This document shows positions 1 through 12,922 of a DNA stretch of 64,000 nt, piece by piece. The position numbers were made by a program, and so were the translations under genes. Numbering within the stretch: the stretch's first letter is position 1; every line of letters begins with the position of its first letter. The DNA is from the human T2T-CHM13v2.0 reference genome, Homo sapiens. The stretch lies in assembly GCF_009914755.1 (NCBI RefSeq), contig NC_060929.1. The stretch is one strand, 5' to 3'. The notes under the pieces were generated by a model. It searched no databases. It was not told the origin of the DNA and worked only from the letters and a program-made list of their open reading frames with translations.

Positions 1-5
1 TATAA

Positions 6-332
<327 letters not shown>

Positions 333-1396
333 TTCTCTTATTTTTCTATACCACGACATCTGCCCATCCATCCTGCCACAACAGGCCATTTAAGTTGTTT
401 CGTTTTTCTCTGGAGTGAACATCCTTGTACATGTCCTCCTGTATGTGGGGGCTTCACTAGAGCACCTTAATAGATGTGAAGTTGCCAGGTTTCATGAAAT
501 GTACATCTTTACTTTAACTAGAGTTGACCAACTTATTCCTCGAAATGGTTGCTCAAAGTTACGTCCCCCTTAACACTGCATGAGAGTTCCCGATTCCCCA
601 CACTTGTTAAACATTTTTGGCACCTAACGGGTGCTTTCATTTTCATTCCCTGATAAATCGTGAAGCTTTATTCAAAATATCCAAGCTCTTGTAGGTCACT
701 TAGAAGTTTGTCATCAATCAATTAATACAGAATCTTCTAGAAGGGAATGAGTCAGGCAGGGAAGATTAAAGCTAGGACAATAAGCTACTGCCAAAGATAG
801 ATCAATCCAAGATTAAAATAAAGTATACTTGGAGTATGGTCAATGGGAAAGCATAAATGATTTTAAAACATTGATTCAGAACAACTTTACAGGTATATGG
901 CAGAGAGCCCTTTAGTAAGCACCATTCAGATTTTGTCTCATTCATGCATAAAGATCAATAAAGAACTACAAGGGATTAGCAATAAAACTATAATCAGAAC
1001 TATTGCCTGGATACAAAATGGACCCCAGGGTCTATTTTGGCAAATAGATGATGGTAACTTGGGGTCATTTGTAGTACGTCCTTTAGTGTTCACCTAGGAA
1101 AAGACAACATGTATTTGGTAAAAGGCAAAAATGTTGAAAACTGTAGTTCAATTTATCAGTTTCTGTTGGGGAAACTGTGTGGACTCAGATAAACCCAGCT
1201 CTGCCATATACTACCAGTCTCTATGAGTCTGTTGCTTTACCGTTAAATAAGGATATCTCTATCTTCTTCCCAGAGTTGTTACCAGAATGAAAGTAACAAC
1301 TATTTCTAGTATAGTGACTGGTGCATATAATTTATCATAGTAAATTCATGATTGCAACAAAATAATTGAGCAGCTACTACATGCCAGGCATTGCTA

Positions 1397-1606
<210 letters not shown>

Positions 1607-3589
1607 TCATTTCTGATTCTTTTTAATTTTTTTGTAAATTTGAAGTTGAACTGTAACAGTTTTCTTTTTAGACATAGGAATCTCCTTTGCAGTAAAGCGT
1701 ACTTTCTATTTCTTTTCAGTATCTCTCTTTTTCTGGAAATGGGAGCAAGTTAGAAAATTTTAATAGCCCAAGTGCTCCCAGTACTTTGAAAAAGGCTTGA
1801 ATAATTTCTTTCCTATGATTTCCTCATTCCTCATTTCTGGCGACAGTCACTATTTTGGGTATGCATGTAAAATTGATCAATAATGTGATATTATTGGAAA
1901 ATAACCAAGTCATCTCAAAGGCAAATATAATATTAAAGTGTGCTAAGATTTTTCCTGAGACATACTTTTTTTCCCTTTCGATGCTCTTGATATAATCTGT
2001 TATTTTAAAAATTGCATTTTCCCAAACACCTTTATTTCAACTTGTCAAAAGAAAACAGATGGGCCTTAAAAACAAAATTTTTTAAAATAATATTGCTTAA
2101 AAATTGTTTCAGCATGTCTAGTAGTTTATTAGTGTTGTTTTTTGTTTTACATTAAACAAAAAACCTTGCTTTCTTGAAAACTTTTTTTCACTAGATGGCC
2201 TTCATTTTTGTTTCTAATATTATTGCAAGCACAATCAGATGGCAAAGTAAGCTGACGCATTGCCTTGTACCTATTTGAATATTCTCCAGTATCAAATCCT
2301 AAGAGAAAATAGTCCAGCATTCTGCAGACAAATTTCTTTTCTGAGATGCTGAGGTGAAGTGGCCTGTGAGACAGTATTGTTATTACCCAATGAGTGCAGA
2401 CCAAAATGCCCATGATTAATGCTAGCACTTGCAAAATAACAAGAGCATTTGCCTTTCCAATTTCGTCTTAGTGTTTTAAGTTCTTCATAAAAACATGACC
2501 CACGACAGGGCCTTGAAGCCACCTCAGATTCTTCAAAGAGCTGACCAGCTAGAACATGAACTTAGAACTACTGCCCTCCCAATCACCTATTTACGCTTTA
2601 ACCTTCACTTTCTACGATTAACAGATATTTACTTTACTTAATCTACTTGTTAGTGTGTATAATATCTATACATGTTGATGGCACCAACTTGAGTATATTA
2701 AAACACCCCCTTCATCTCCCTTACTGATATCAGCCTCATTGAGGCTCTTCTTACCTCTCTCTTCAATCTCTGTCCAAACACCTTCCACGGGGCGTCAACA
2801 TCTCCAAGTTGTCCCATCCCAACCTATCCTATGACCTGCTCCAATATTCTCCTTCCCTAAACTCCCTTGCATTCTGCAGCTTCCATACTCAAAACCTTTA
2901 AGATCTCTTGAATGTTTCTACGATAATCTCCGGTCCTCTTAGCCAGACACTCAGGGCCCTCCACAACCTGATGACAACTTCATAGCTCCAATCCAGTCCA
3001 ACCAATCCAGCTCCAACCCAACCTTGTGCTCCACCTCATTGTTTCTTTCCCTTGGATGCTCTCCATCCAGCTTTTACCACACTTCCACTTCAAGCCACAC
3101 TTTCAAACCCTGTCACCTTCCTGGACCATTTTAGTTCAGAGTGATTTTTTCACCCACCTCTAAATATATAGACTACTCATTTATTTGGGCTCTAAGTCAT
3201 ACACTCATACGAAAATTGTTATGTGTAAATACTTAATTGTTAACACTTGACAAATGCAACAACAGAAATGGAATGAACTTTAGACATCATTTAATTCAGC
3301 ATCTCCTGACATGCACGAAAATCCCCTTCCACATTTCTCCTTTGGGTGAATATCAATTGACAGGGTGCCGAGCCTCAAATGTGGCCATTTCGCCTCTGAA
3401 TTGTTCTTAGACTGAGAGGCATCTGCTTTTTAAGAAAGGAAAACTCCATTCATCCCATTCCAAACAGGTGAGAATCTAATGCCATCAGGGAAAAAAAAAA
3501 AATATTTTGCTATCCCGTCTGAATTGAGAGTTCCCTGTGTACAGTTTACGTCCCTGTGAGCATCTACCACTCACAGAGCCACCCTAAGC

Positions 3590-3731
3590 ACGCTCTGCAG
3601 TGTCAGCATCACCTGGCAGTATGCTAGAAATTAGAAATGCAAATTCATGAGCACCAGCCCAGACCCATTGAGTCGGAAATTCTGAGGGTGGGGCCCAAGA
3701 ATGTGAGTTTCAACAAGTTTGAGAAGGACTG
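3590..3731. mobile_element. MER5A-like hAT DNA transposon remnant
   Basis: CAGCATCACCTGG...TAGAAATGCAAATT...CCCAGACC...GGGGCCCA...TTTCAACAAG...TTTGAGAA motif order matches MER5A. Confidence 0.75.
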
Positions 3732-3831
3732 CGTCTCCTATATGAAATGGAAAACAGCTGCTCATCCTCTGTATCCTTGCATAATAAAAAATGATTAGTG
3801 TCACTATGCCACCATTTCCTCAGCGAAATAA

Positions 3832-4146
<315 letters not shown>

Positions 4147-5080
4147 TAAATAATTTCTTATCGCCCTCCCTCAGTTTGTTTTTCCTGTTATCGGGTCACC
4201 CACACATTCCACAATTGTCAAATAGGTGAGGGCACAGGTACGGAAGCGTCCCGCATTCCCTCCAGATTTTATCACGCTGAGACACAAAGAGAAAAATAGC
4301 TCCTGGCGACCGCATGAAAACCCCGATTTCAAAACAGCCACATGCAGTTTAATTTCCTTAAAAGCTTAGCCGGAAAAGGTTTCTGTGGCTTGCGACCCCA
4401 GCTGGGCTTGAGAGAAGGCTCTGCACACTGGGGCGGGGGCGGGCACAAGGTGATCGGAGGGAGGGGGATGACTCGCAGTTGTGTTTTGAGTGGTTGCCTT
4501 GGGTTATCTTGTTCCTCCAGCACACACACACTCAGTTTCTTGTCATAAGGGGAACCCTGTTATTTTGTAGACAAAAAGTGACAGAAGCAACTTTCGAAGC
4601 AAAAAAAAAAAAAAAACAAAAAAAAACAAAACCAAAAAGACGAAGAAGAAGAACAAAAGTCAACGTGAAATCTCCCCAGAGGAAAAGGAACCGCGCTGTT
4701 TGTCCCTCAGTAACTGAGCAACACCCCGGACACGAAGGGCTCCCTGTGACTTCTGCGGTTTTTCTTGCACTTCTCCGCGTTGGTTCACTTCCACCCTCGA
4801 AACTCTCCAGAAGCGAGAAATAAGGCGGGGTGGCCGCCACCCCCAGGCCACCAGCTGTGCGGGGGCCCCAGCTGCAGGGGGTCCCGGCCCAGCGTCCCTC
4901 TCGGCCCCTTCCCTCTCCCCCGGGGGAGAAGGGGCGGGTCCACGCGGCCTGGGCGCTGCGCCCGACACGCGGTAGGGGTCGCTGCGTCTCGGCGCGCGCT
5001 CCCACCGCGGTGAATAACGGGGCCTGGCTGGAGGAGAAAGGAAACCTGCTGCGGGAGGCGGCGGCGACCGGCCAGGGAGC

Positions 5081-5302
5081 GAGGGAGGAGAGTTCACTTT
5101 TACTTCAGTGTCAGCGCGCGGCGGCCGTGGCTGGCTCTGGCGAGAGAGCACCGAGGGAGTGGGTCGCAGATCTTCGGGCGGCTAGGGGAAATCGGCGAGA
5201 GGCGGGATCCGAGCGCGCCGGCGGGGCGCAGAGCCCGCGAGCCTGGCCAGCGAGGGTAGCCGCGGGGGGCGCGCCCCGGGCGGGCCCCCGGAGACGCGCA
5301 GG
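5081..5302 (+). other. IQGAP2: IQGAP2 5' UTR part of exon 1 (5' boundary approximate)
   Basis: GC-rich sequence with no upstream ATG before ATG 5303; a pyrimidine-rich initiator-like TTCACTTTTACTTCAGT lies at ~5093-5109. TSS cannot be fixed from sequence alone. Confidence 0.6.
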
Positions 5303-5348
5303 ATGCCACACGAAGAGCTGCCGTCGCTGCAGAGACCCCGCTATGGCT
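5303..5348 (+). CDS. IQGAP2: IQGAP2 (Ras GTPase-activating-like protein) coding exon 1, MPHEELPSLQRPRYG + 1 nt
   Basis: ATG 5303 (A at -3); peptide is the recognised IQGAP2 N-terminus; consensus donor T|GTAAGT at 5349; phase 1 matches exon 2. Confidence 0.97.
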
Positions 5349-6542
5349 GTAAGTGCGCCGGGCGCGCGGGGTTCCTGCTGGCCTTGGGGAGCTCCCTCCC
5401 CGAGGACGGCGTTGGAGAAGCCGAGGGAGCCGGTTGCGCGGCGCAGAGGAAATTGGAAGGCAGCAACTGCGCGGCTGGCAAAGTTGGGAGCTGGAGTTGC
5501 AAAGGGCAGTGAATCGCGTCCCCCCGCTCCTCCCGCCCCCCAATTCCTAATATCCAGCTGGCAACCCAGACCCTCCACTCCGCATACCCAAACGGGGTGC
5601 GCGGGCAGTGCGGGGATTGCGCTCTGGGACAGACCAGGTTGGGATTTTAGGGGTATCAGGTGAGGAGTCCGCGGAGCTCCGGGTCGCCGCCGGCTTGGGC
5701 CAGGGGGTGGCGTAAGGCACCGGATTCTTCCAACCCAGAAGGGGAGGAAAGTTTGTTTGCTGTGGCTACAGGTGGGCACCGCAAGTAGGGCGCCGGCGCA
5801 CTCTGCTAGTGCAAAGCCGGCTTGACTGGAAGGGCGGGAGTCTCCTCCTGTCCCGCGCCCTCGAACTTCACCTGACCCGCTAGAGCCATTGGCCTCACAG
5901 GTGTAAGTCCCTCCCCTCTGAAACCCCCCAACCCCTTTCCCCCCCGCTCCCCTCGCGCGGGAGGATTGCTGTGTGGAGAGGACGCGGCACTAGGCTCCGG
6001 GGAATCCGGCGGGAGCCCGCGTGACTTGAACGAGATGGTGTCGATTACCCAGCCAGGGGCTGCCCTCGGAAATAGGTTGCTTTGGCCGATCGTGAGTGGA
6101 TGGAGCCAGATTAACACCAACCACGTGGCTTCATGTGCAGAGTTCAGAGTCCTAAACATGTGCCAGGAAGCATTTCCTTTAAAACAAACAGAAAGTTGGC
6201 CTGCTGTCTCTCCAAGGTGGCCCTGTCAGTGAACCCAAGGCCGAAGACCACAGGTTAATCTTTGCCCAGGCTGGCCTTGGTGGCAGAGGTACCAGGTTTG
6301 GGTTAAGGTGGTGATACCTTCAGCAGGGTGTTTTGTTTGTGTGTGTGTGTGGTTTTGGATGGTGCGTAAGGCCACTGACTTGCTTAACTGAAAAAGGGCT
6401 CCTCAACTTGTGTAGGTTCTTTCCCCTCCTCCCCGCTGGCGTGTCAAAGATGGGAGGTTATCTTTCCTGTGTTACCCTTGCAGTGAGGGGGAGGCCTGAG
6501 GACTACAGCCTCTGTACTCTAATGCATTCAGCAGTTGACTGA

Positions 6543-6752
6543 GACCCAGCTTTTTGCCTTTTGGTAAACCACACAGACAGCAGAGCCTCTTGGGTTCAAG
6601 AGGGAACGCTGTGCTCATTCAGTGTTTGCAGTGCCAACCTCAGGTGGGACCCAGCTTTTTGCCTTTTGGTAAACCACAGATACAGCAGAGCCCGTTGGGT
6701 TCAAGGAGGAATGCTGTGCTCATTCAGTGTTTGCAGTGCCAACCTCAGGTTG
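6543..6752. repeat. Tandem duplication, 2 x 105 bp (8 mismatches)
   Basis: GACCCAGCTTTTTGCCTTTTGGTAAACC...GTGCCAACCTCAGGT starts at 6543 and again at 6648. Confidence 0.95.
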
Positions 6753-6859
6753 GTGGAAGTACTTTAATGTGACCAGCTCTCAGAATATATGGTGGCTTCA
6801 CTGTGTCAAATGATAAGATAACCACAAACTTCTGCAAACTAGGTGAATCTACATGAACA

Positions 6860-7271
6860 AATGATTTCTTGCTATCACATGATTGATGTCGGCCCTCATG
6901 AGCAATAAATAGTGCAAAATTTCCGTGAATGTGGTACATGAATGCAGCATTTCTGTCAGTCCCTGCATGTGCATCTGTGATGCTGCTTGATTTTCACGGA
7001 ATAAATCTGTGTTTTAAGTGCACTCCAGAAGAAGCTATCAAGGGAGTCCAGATCTGGCAAGCCTGAAGCCCACTCCACAGGGCCGCTTTCTTTGGAAATC
7101 TTCATCCAGCTTTCTTCACCAATGTGGTGTAAGGGGGTGGTGTGCCATCTTGTTGGAATCACTCCCGGTTACTTTCCCTCCACTCATCAAGTGCTGGCAT
7201 TCAAGTTGGTCACTTAACACTGTCAAAATGGAAAATATTTGCCTATGTTTCCAGACTTTCTTGTCACCCTG
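6860..7271 (-). mobile_element. Ancient Tc1/mariner-superfamily DNA transposon remnant with degraded transposase C-terminal coding sequence
   Basis: Minus-strand translation across frameshifts gives FQQDGTPP...LDEDF / GPVEWASGLPDLDSLDSFFWSALKTQIY / IAHEGRH; terminal CAGGGTGACAAGAAAGTCTGGAAACATAGG (minus strand, from 7271) looks like a Tc1-type TIR. Confidence 0.75.
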
Positions 7272-8744
7272 AAATATTAAGGCTTTAATATGACAGTTAT
7301 CTCATTAAAATGAACACTTTTATAATTTTGGTTTATGAATGGTGTATTTTCAGTGTATTCAGAACATGATATCTAGCAGAATAGATTTTGGCGTTAATAG
7401 GCATTACCTAACATTACCTATTCATGCAGAAGAGGGCTATTTGGTGTGTTAGTGTAATTTCTGGTTGTTGTTGGCTTTCTGAGCCTCCTATCAACATGAG
7501 ACTGAAAATCGTGCTGTGAGCTCTTCATGGGAAGGCTAGGGAAGGATAACACAGGATTGTCCTTGCTCTGTTGTGTTCTAGGGCTGTGCTTTTTCTTGTT
7601 TATTGGTTTGGTAAATACAGTTTCAGTAAAACCTCAAATTATAAGAAACAGGTGTTACCCCTAGCATTTAAAAATAAAGTAGCAATACATTGTAATTTCA
7701 GTTCTAGTGCTGAACGTTCTGAGTATAAGATGTTTGAGACTGGGCTTTAAACACAACTTTTTGGTAGTTTGAATTAAGTTGTCTATTGCTTATTTTGGGT
7801 CTGAGCTTCTGTTCTGCTCTCTCTCCTACCCACTTGACTCCTCATTTAATTCAGTAGTTCTTACACAAAGTAACTAACTCAGCTCAGGGCTGCTATGGTC
7901 TTTCTCCTCTGTACCAGACTGAATGTCTGTAAAAGGCCACATAATAAATTGTACTTGAGGGATTTCTCAATGAGTTCTCCATGAGGCCTCTGACTCTTCT
8001 CAGGTTTCTGACAGATGCAAGATTGCTGAAGTCGCCCTGATTTGCACACAGGAGCACTGGATTGAAATTAAATAGACTATTTTCTATTTAATTTCCACTG
8101 TTATTGGCCACATCTTCCTGCAATCTGTGAAGCTATTTTTGTATAATGTTAATACTACAAACAAAGCTGAAACAATTCAGTAACACAATTCTGAAGGGAA
8201 GAGGTGGAAGAAGGAAGTGATAGTAGGTAGCTGTTTAAACTAATGCAGACATAGACATAGTATGTACTATATATTGTATGTATAGTATTTTTCTATACTC
8301 AACCAAATTAAGATGACACTTACGCTTAGGTGTGATTTGCGAATAACTTGTGTTGTTGTAATGGATTATGATGTATCTGCCAAATTAATTCTGAAAACAC
8401 ATTGCTGCCATGATCTGTCGTAAGTTTTGTTCCAGTTACTTGAGAGTTAAAAACACCAGCAAGAGCAAAAGAGGGGTTTGTGACTAGGCAGATGACTTCA
8501 CTTACCACTGATAACCCAATCAACACTTAAGTGACTACAGTGGGTCTCCAATGATTGCATAGGCAAGAACTGTGGTTTTCTACACTACAAGATTCAGAGC
8601 CTTCCTTTCATGAGATACATTGTACAAAAATTGGGGATCAATGTTTCACTGTTTGCTTCTTTTAAAAAGTGCAACCTAAGTCCAGCATGTTGTGGGGGCG
8701 GGGAAGGGGAAGTTGAGAAAGATTCTGGTTGAGCATTATTATTA

Positions 8745-9023
8745 TTTTTTTTTTAGGCAGTATCTTGCTCTCTCACCCAGGCTGGAGTGCAGTGGTGCAA
8801 TCATGGCTCACTGCAGCCTCAAACCTCCCAGCCTCAAGCTGTCCTCCCACCTCACCCTCCTGAGTAGCTGGTACTACAGGCACACATCACCACACCTAGC
8901 TAATTTTTGTATTTTTTTGTAGAGATGGGTTTTCACCATGTTGCCCAGGCTGAGCTCAAGCAGTCCTCCCTCCTCAGCTTCCCAAAGTGCTGGGATTACA
9001 GGTGTGAGTCACCACACCTGGCC
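8745..9023 (-). mobile_element. AluJ-like
   Basis: Antisense Alu, CpG-depleted, small internal deletion. Confidence 0.92.
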
Positions 9024-9605
9024 TGATACTGTGAGCTTTTGGGTACTACTCTCTGCTCTTATCTGAATAGTGAAGTTACTAAGTTAGTTACCTGGAAACT
9101 GGAGTTTTGGGGTGGTCAGTGCAACTAAACTCTTATCCATCTACGATGACCAATCTGAGATGAAATTTAAGTTCTGAAGTAGTTAAACGCAGTTGTGTAA
9201 AAGGTGATTGAATAAGTCGGTATTTAGCATAGCTCAGCTGTAACATCCTATCAGTGCTTTCGTTTGAACCATAGAAAGGTATACGCAGCCTTATCTTGAG
9301 ATACTGTCTTCAGTAGACAAAAAGTCAAGCTGCTCCCTCATATGCTGGTGTTTTGGTTGAGCTTTTCAAAAGGATCTTTAAGGTCAACAGCTAAAGTGTT
9401 ATTTTAGTATGGTTTTAACTTTAATTACACATGCTGTTAGCCAGAATGACTTGTTTGGGAGAGTTTAAGCTTGTAATACCGAGTTTGTTTTAGAATTTAG
9501 TGTTATTTGGGGTGTTAACTCCTTTTTCTCTAGGGAACCAATGACTTACTATTGCCATCTACCCTCTTACTACACAAGCTTTTTAACAGCCCCTTCTATT
9601 TAAAA

Positions 9606-9931
<326 letters not shown>

Positions 9932-10371
9932 CTAGTATACAAACAGATCTAATGCTTACCATGTCTTCATGGTAACCAAAAGAGAAACAAAGGCTACTCA
10001 ACGTCTGATTTGATAGGGTCAGGTAAGTCCTACAGGGCAGGCAGTTTAATATGGGATATGGAACAAAGGTTTGTGAACATACCAAGGGCTAGGTGCTTTT
10101 CATGTGTTACTGTTATCATCGGCTCATTATGGCCTTTGAGAGGGCCAGTGGTTTTCCATTTCACAAAGAAGCTGAAACCCCTAGTACTATGTCAAGGCCA
10201 CCCTGCTAGCTGGTGGCAGAGGAACTTGAAAGCAGCACTGTCAGATCCTGGAGCCTTTCCTCATTGACTGTTGCAACTTTGCTGCCCCTGAATCATAAAT
10301 GTTCACCCCTTCTGTGTCTTTAAGTAGTTTGTCATGATTCTCTCAAGATGTAGAAACCTCTAGCTATTTAT

Positions 10372-10511
10372 GCTGGATGTGGTGGTATACACCTGTAGTT
10401 ACAGCTACTTGGGAGGCTGAGGCAGGAGGATCAAGATTTCCAGGCTGTAGTGTGCAATGATTACAACTATGAATAGCCACAGCTCTCCAGCCTGGGCAAC
10501 ATAGTAAGATC
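10372..10511 (+). mobile_element. FAM / 7SL-derived fossil Alu monomer
   Basis: Contains TGAATAGCCAC..CTCCAGCCTGGGCAACATAG, the 7SL-like 3' segment kept in FAM but not in dimeric Alu. Confidence 0.7.
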
Positions 10512-10540
10512 TGCCTGCCCCCCACCCAACCCAATCTCTC

Positions 10541-10847
10541 TTATTTATTTATTTATTTATTTATTTTGAGATGGAGTTCCACTATGTCACCCAGGCTGAA
10601 GTACAGTGGTGAGATCTGGGCTCACTGCAACCTCCACCTCCTGGGTTAAAGTGATTCTCCCATCTCAGCCTCCCAAGTAGCTGGGACTACAGGAATGCAC
10701 CACCACACCCAGCTAATTTTTGTATGTTTTAGTAGAGGTGGGGTTTCCCCGTGTGGTCAGGCTGGTCTCGAACTTCCTACCTCAAGTGATCCGCCCGGCT
10801 CAGCCTCCCAAAGTGCTAGGATTACAGGTGTGAGCCACCACGCCCAG
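10541..10847 (-). mobile_element. AluS-like with (TTTA)n tail
   Basis: Antisense Alu dimer. Confidence 0.93.
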
Positions 10848-10998
10848 TGAGACCCCATCTCTAAAACAAACAAACAAAAAACAACAACACAAAAAAACCT
10901 GTGGCCATTGGATAGTGTGCTCATTTATAAATAGATGCATAAAGTTGATTTTGCTGCTGAATTTTTTCCTCCCAAGAAACAGCATAGAATACATGGGC

Positions 10999-11303
10999 TT
11001 TTTTTTTTTTTTTTTTTTTTTGAGACAGAGTCTTGCTCTGTCACCCAGGCTAGAGTGCAGTGACATGATCTCAGCTCACTGCAACCTCTGCTTCCCGGGT
11101 TCAAGCAATTCTCATGCCTCACCCTCCTGAGTAGCTGGGATTATAGTCATGTACCACCATGCCTGGCTAATTTTTGTATTTTTGGTAGAGATGGGGTTTC
11201 ATCATGTCGGCCAGGCTGGTCTCGAACTCCTGAGCTCAAATGATCTGCCTTCCTCAGCCTCCCAAATTGCTGGTATTACAGGCATGAGCCACCATGCCCA
11301 GCC
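10999..11303 (-). mobile_element. AluS-like
   Basis: Antisense Alu dimer, TSD TACATGGGCTTTT on both sides. Confidence 0.95.
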
Positions 11304-11599
11304 TTACATGGGCTTTTCATAGAATACATCCAAGCTTCATCAAAAGATTTTGTGTATACTTAGAAACATCCCATCTCTTACTGTGAGGTGCTGAAGTGAA
11401 AGGCTTTTCCATAATAATATAGTGATGTGCCCCAGTGATTGCTAATAGGATAATTTGTAAAACATGCTTTATTACATACACTGCCCATACCTTAAAGTCT
11501 GGGATTGTTGAGAAATGAAATAGAAACTTTAGTAGTGAAGCCGACCTGTGAGCTGATACTTTGTCACCTTACTGCTCTATTTTATTTTTCTCTCTTGAG

Positions 11600-11805
11600 A
11601 TGCAGTGTGGTGCTGATAAAATGGCAGAAGCTTTGGAGTTGAATAGATGTGGGTTTGAATTCTGACTTCCATTGCCTGCCTCAGTAGCCTTGGGGTTTTC
11701 TCCTGTACCTTGAGAGGTGTGTGGAAATGATATATCTATAGAGGTGGCTGATGTGGTTCCTGGCACATAGTGCTAAACAAGTTGTAATGGTTTCAATTAA
11801 TTGAG
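11600..11805 (+). mobile_element. MIR remnant
   Basis: GGGTTTGAATTCTGACTT...CCTGGCACATAG..CTAAACAA MIR motifs. Confidence 0.6.
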
Positions 11806-12746
11806 CACCTAATACTAGCAAAGTATCGTGATGAATGAAACACCGCTTAGCTGCTGACAGCTTACCAGAGAATCTGGGTGACAAGTAAAAATGCTTATAC
11901 TTTTAGTGCCCTTCCAAGTTCTGTGGAAGAGAAGATATGAGAAGGATGGATTTGGATGGCGGCAATGGGAGGGCTTCATGAAAGTTGTGAATTTGAAATG
12001 ACCTTGAGGAAGGTCAGAGGAAAACCTGAAAGGCGTGCTAGTATATTTGTACTGTGGAATCTTCTATTTATATAGGCAATAAAGGACAATTGGAGCTGTC
12101 CTGAGGAGAGTCACCTGATGCAACCCCTTACTGATGTACCTTCTTGTTCTTTGAGATGGTTTAAAAAAAGAAACACCCCAAACTTTTCATTAGAGACATG
12201 GGTGAGTGGCCCAGTGAAGTGAGTGACAGGGGAGGCAGGTGTGGCAAGACAGCGATGTGAGCATTTGGTGCCCTGTCTGCTGGCTGCTTAGCGGCCTCTT
12301 CACTGTGCTTCTGGGTTTGGCTGTCTTTTGGATGAACAGCTTTGCCAGAGGGTTTTGCCGAGGATAGGTGAATTCAATGAGAACAGGTAAGAAAATGAGT
12401 TGTACTTAGAGCAGGACAAGGATATTGACAACTGAATTCTCTAGGGGGTAGGGTTTCTCTCACCTCATTTTTCTTCATTCTCTCCATTAATTGTGGCAAT
12501 GTTTACCTTTCAGATTTCACTGATTTACGGTCCTGCAATGTCCAGCATCCCAGTTTTATTGAAGAATGACTTAGACTGTGTTTCCAATTCATTGGCAATT
12601 GCCTGAGGAACTTTCATTTAGACTTTTTGTGGGATTTTACTAAGCTCTAATTGGACCTTCCTTTAATTTTATAATCGTGTATTGTGTATGACTTCTTCTT
12701 GCCAAGGTGCCTAAGAGGAGCTGACAGCTGTTTATTTAGTATATGC

Positions 12747-12922
12747 AGTGGTTTTCAAAGAGCAGTCTCTGGAGCAGCAGCAGCAGTAACAGCAGCGGAG
12801 CATCTCCTGAGAGCTTGTTGGAAAGGCAGATGCCCAGGCCCCACTCAGACCTGCCAAATCAGAAAGCCTGTGACGGGGTCTGCAGTCTGAGTTTTAATAG
12901 GCCCTCCAGGTGATTCTGATGC
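12747..12922. mobile_element. MER5A-like
   Basis: CAGTGGTTTTCAAAG...AGGCCCCACTCAGACC...TTTTAATAGGCCCTCCAGGTGATTCTGATGC. Confidence 0.8.

Larger units (their letters stand above)
4690..6100. promoter_or_regulatory. IQGAP2: CpG island promoter of IQGAP2
   Basis: Very GC- and CpG-dense non-repeat stretch spanning the start codon, with GC boxes (GGCGGGG ~4824, GGGCGGG ~4932); edges estimated by eye. Confidence 0.92.

Noticed and set aside
5303-5512. 69-aa ORF starting at the IQGAP2 ATG
   Set aside because: Only the first 15 codons are exon; the rest is read-through past the GTAAGT donor
4479-5779. Long overlapping ORFs (277, 222, 163, 157, 147, 114 aa) on both strands
   Set aside because: They span the CpG island where stop codons are rare; Ala/Arg/Pro/Gly-rich or poly-Lys from the A tract, mostly non-ATG starts, no recognisable domain
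6543-6752. CRISPR-like or prokaryotic repeat array
   Set aside because: Two contiguous copies without spacers in mammalian intronic DNA; nothing in the window is prokaryotic
6554-6772. ORFs with an internal 35-aa repeat
   Set aside because: A consequence of the 105-bp DNA duplication being a multiple of 3; no ATG start or splice support
10372-10511. 7SL RNA gene
   Set aside because: Lacks the S domain and is diverged; fits a fossil Alu monomer
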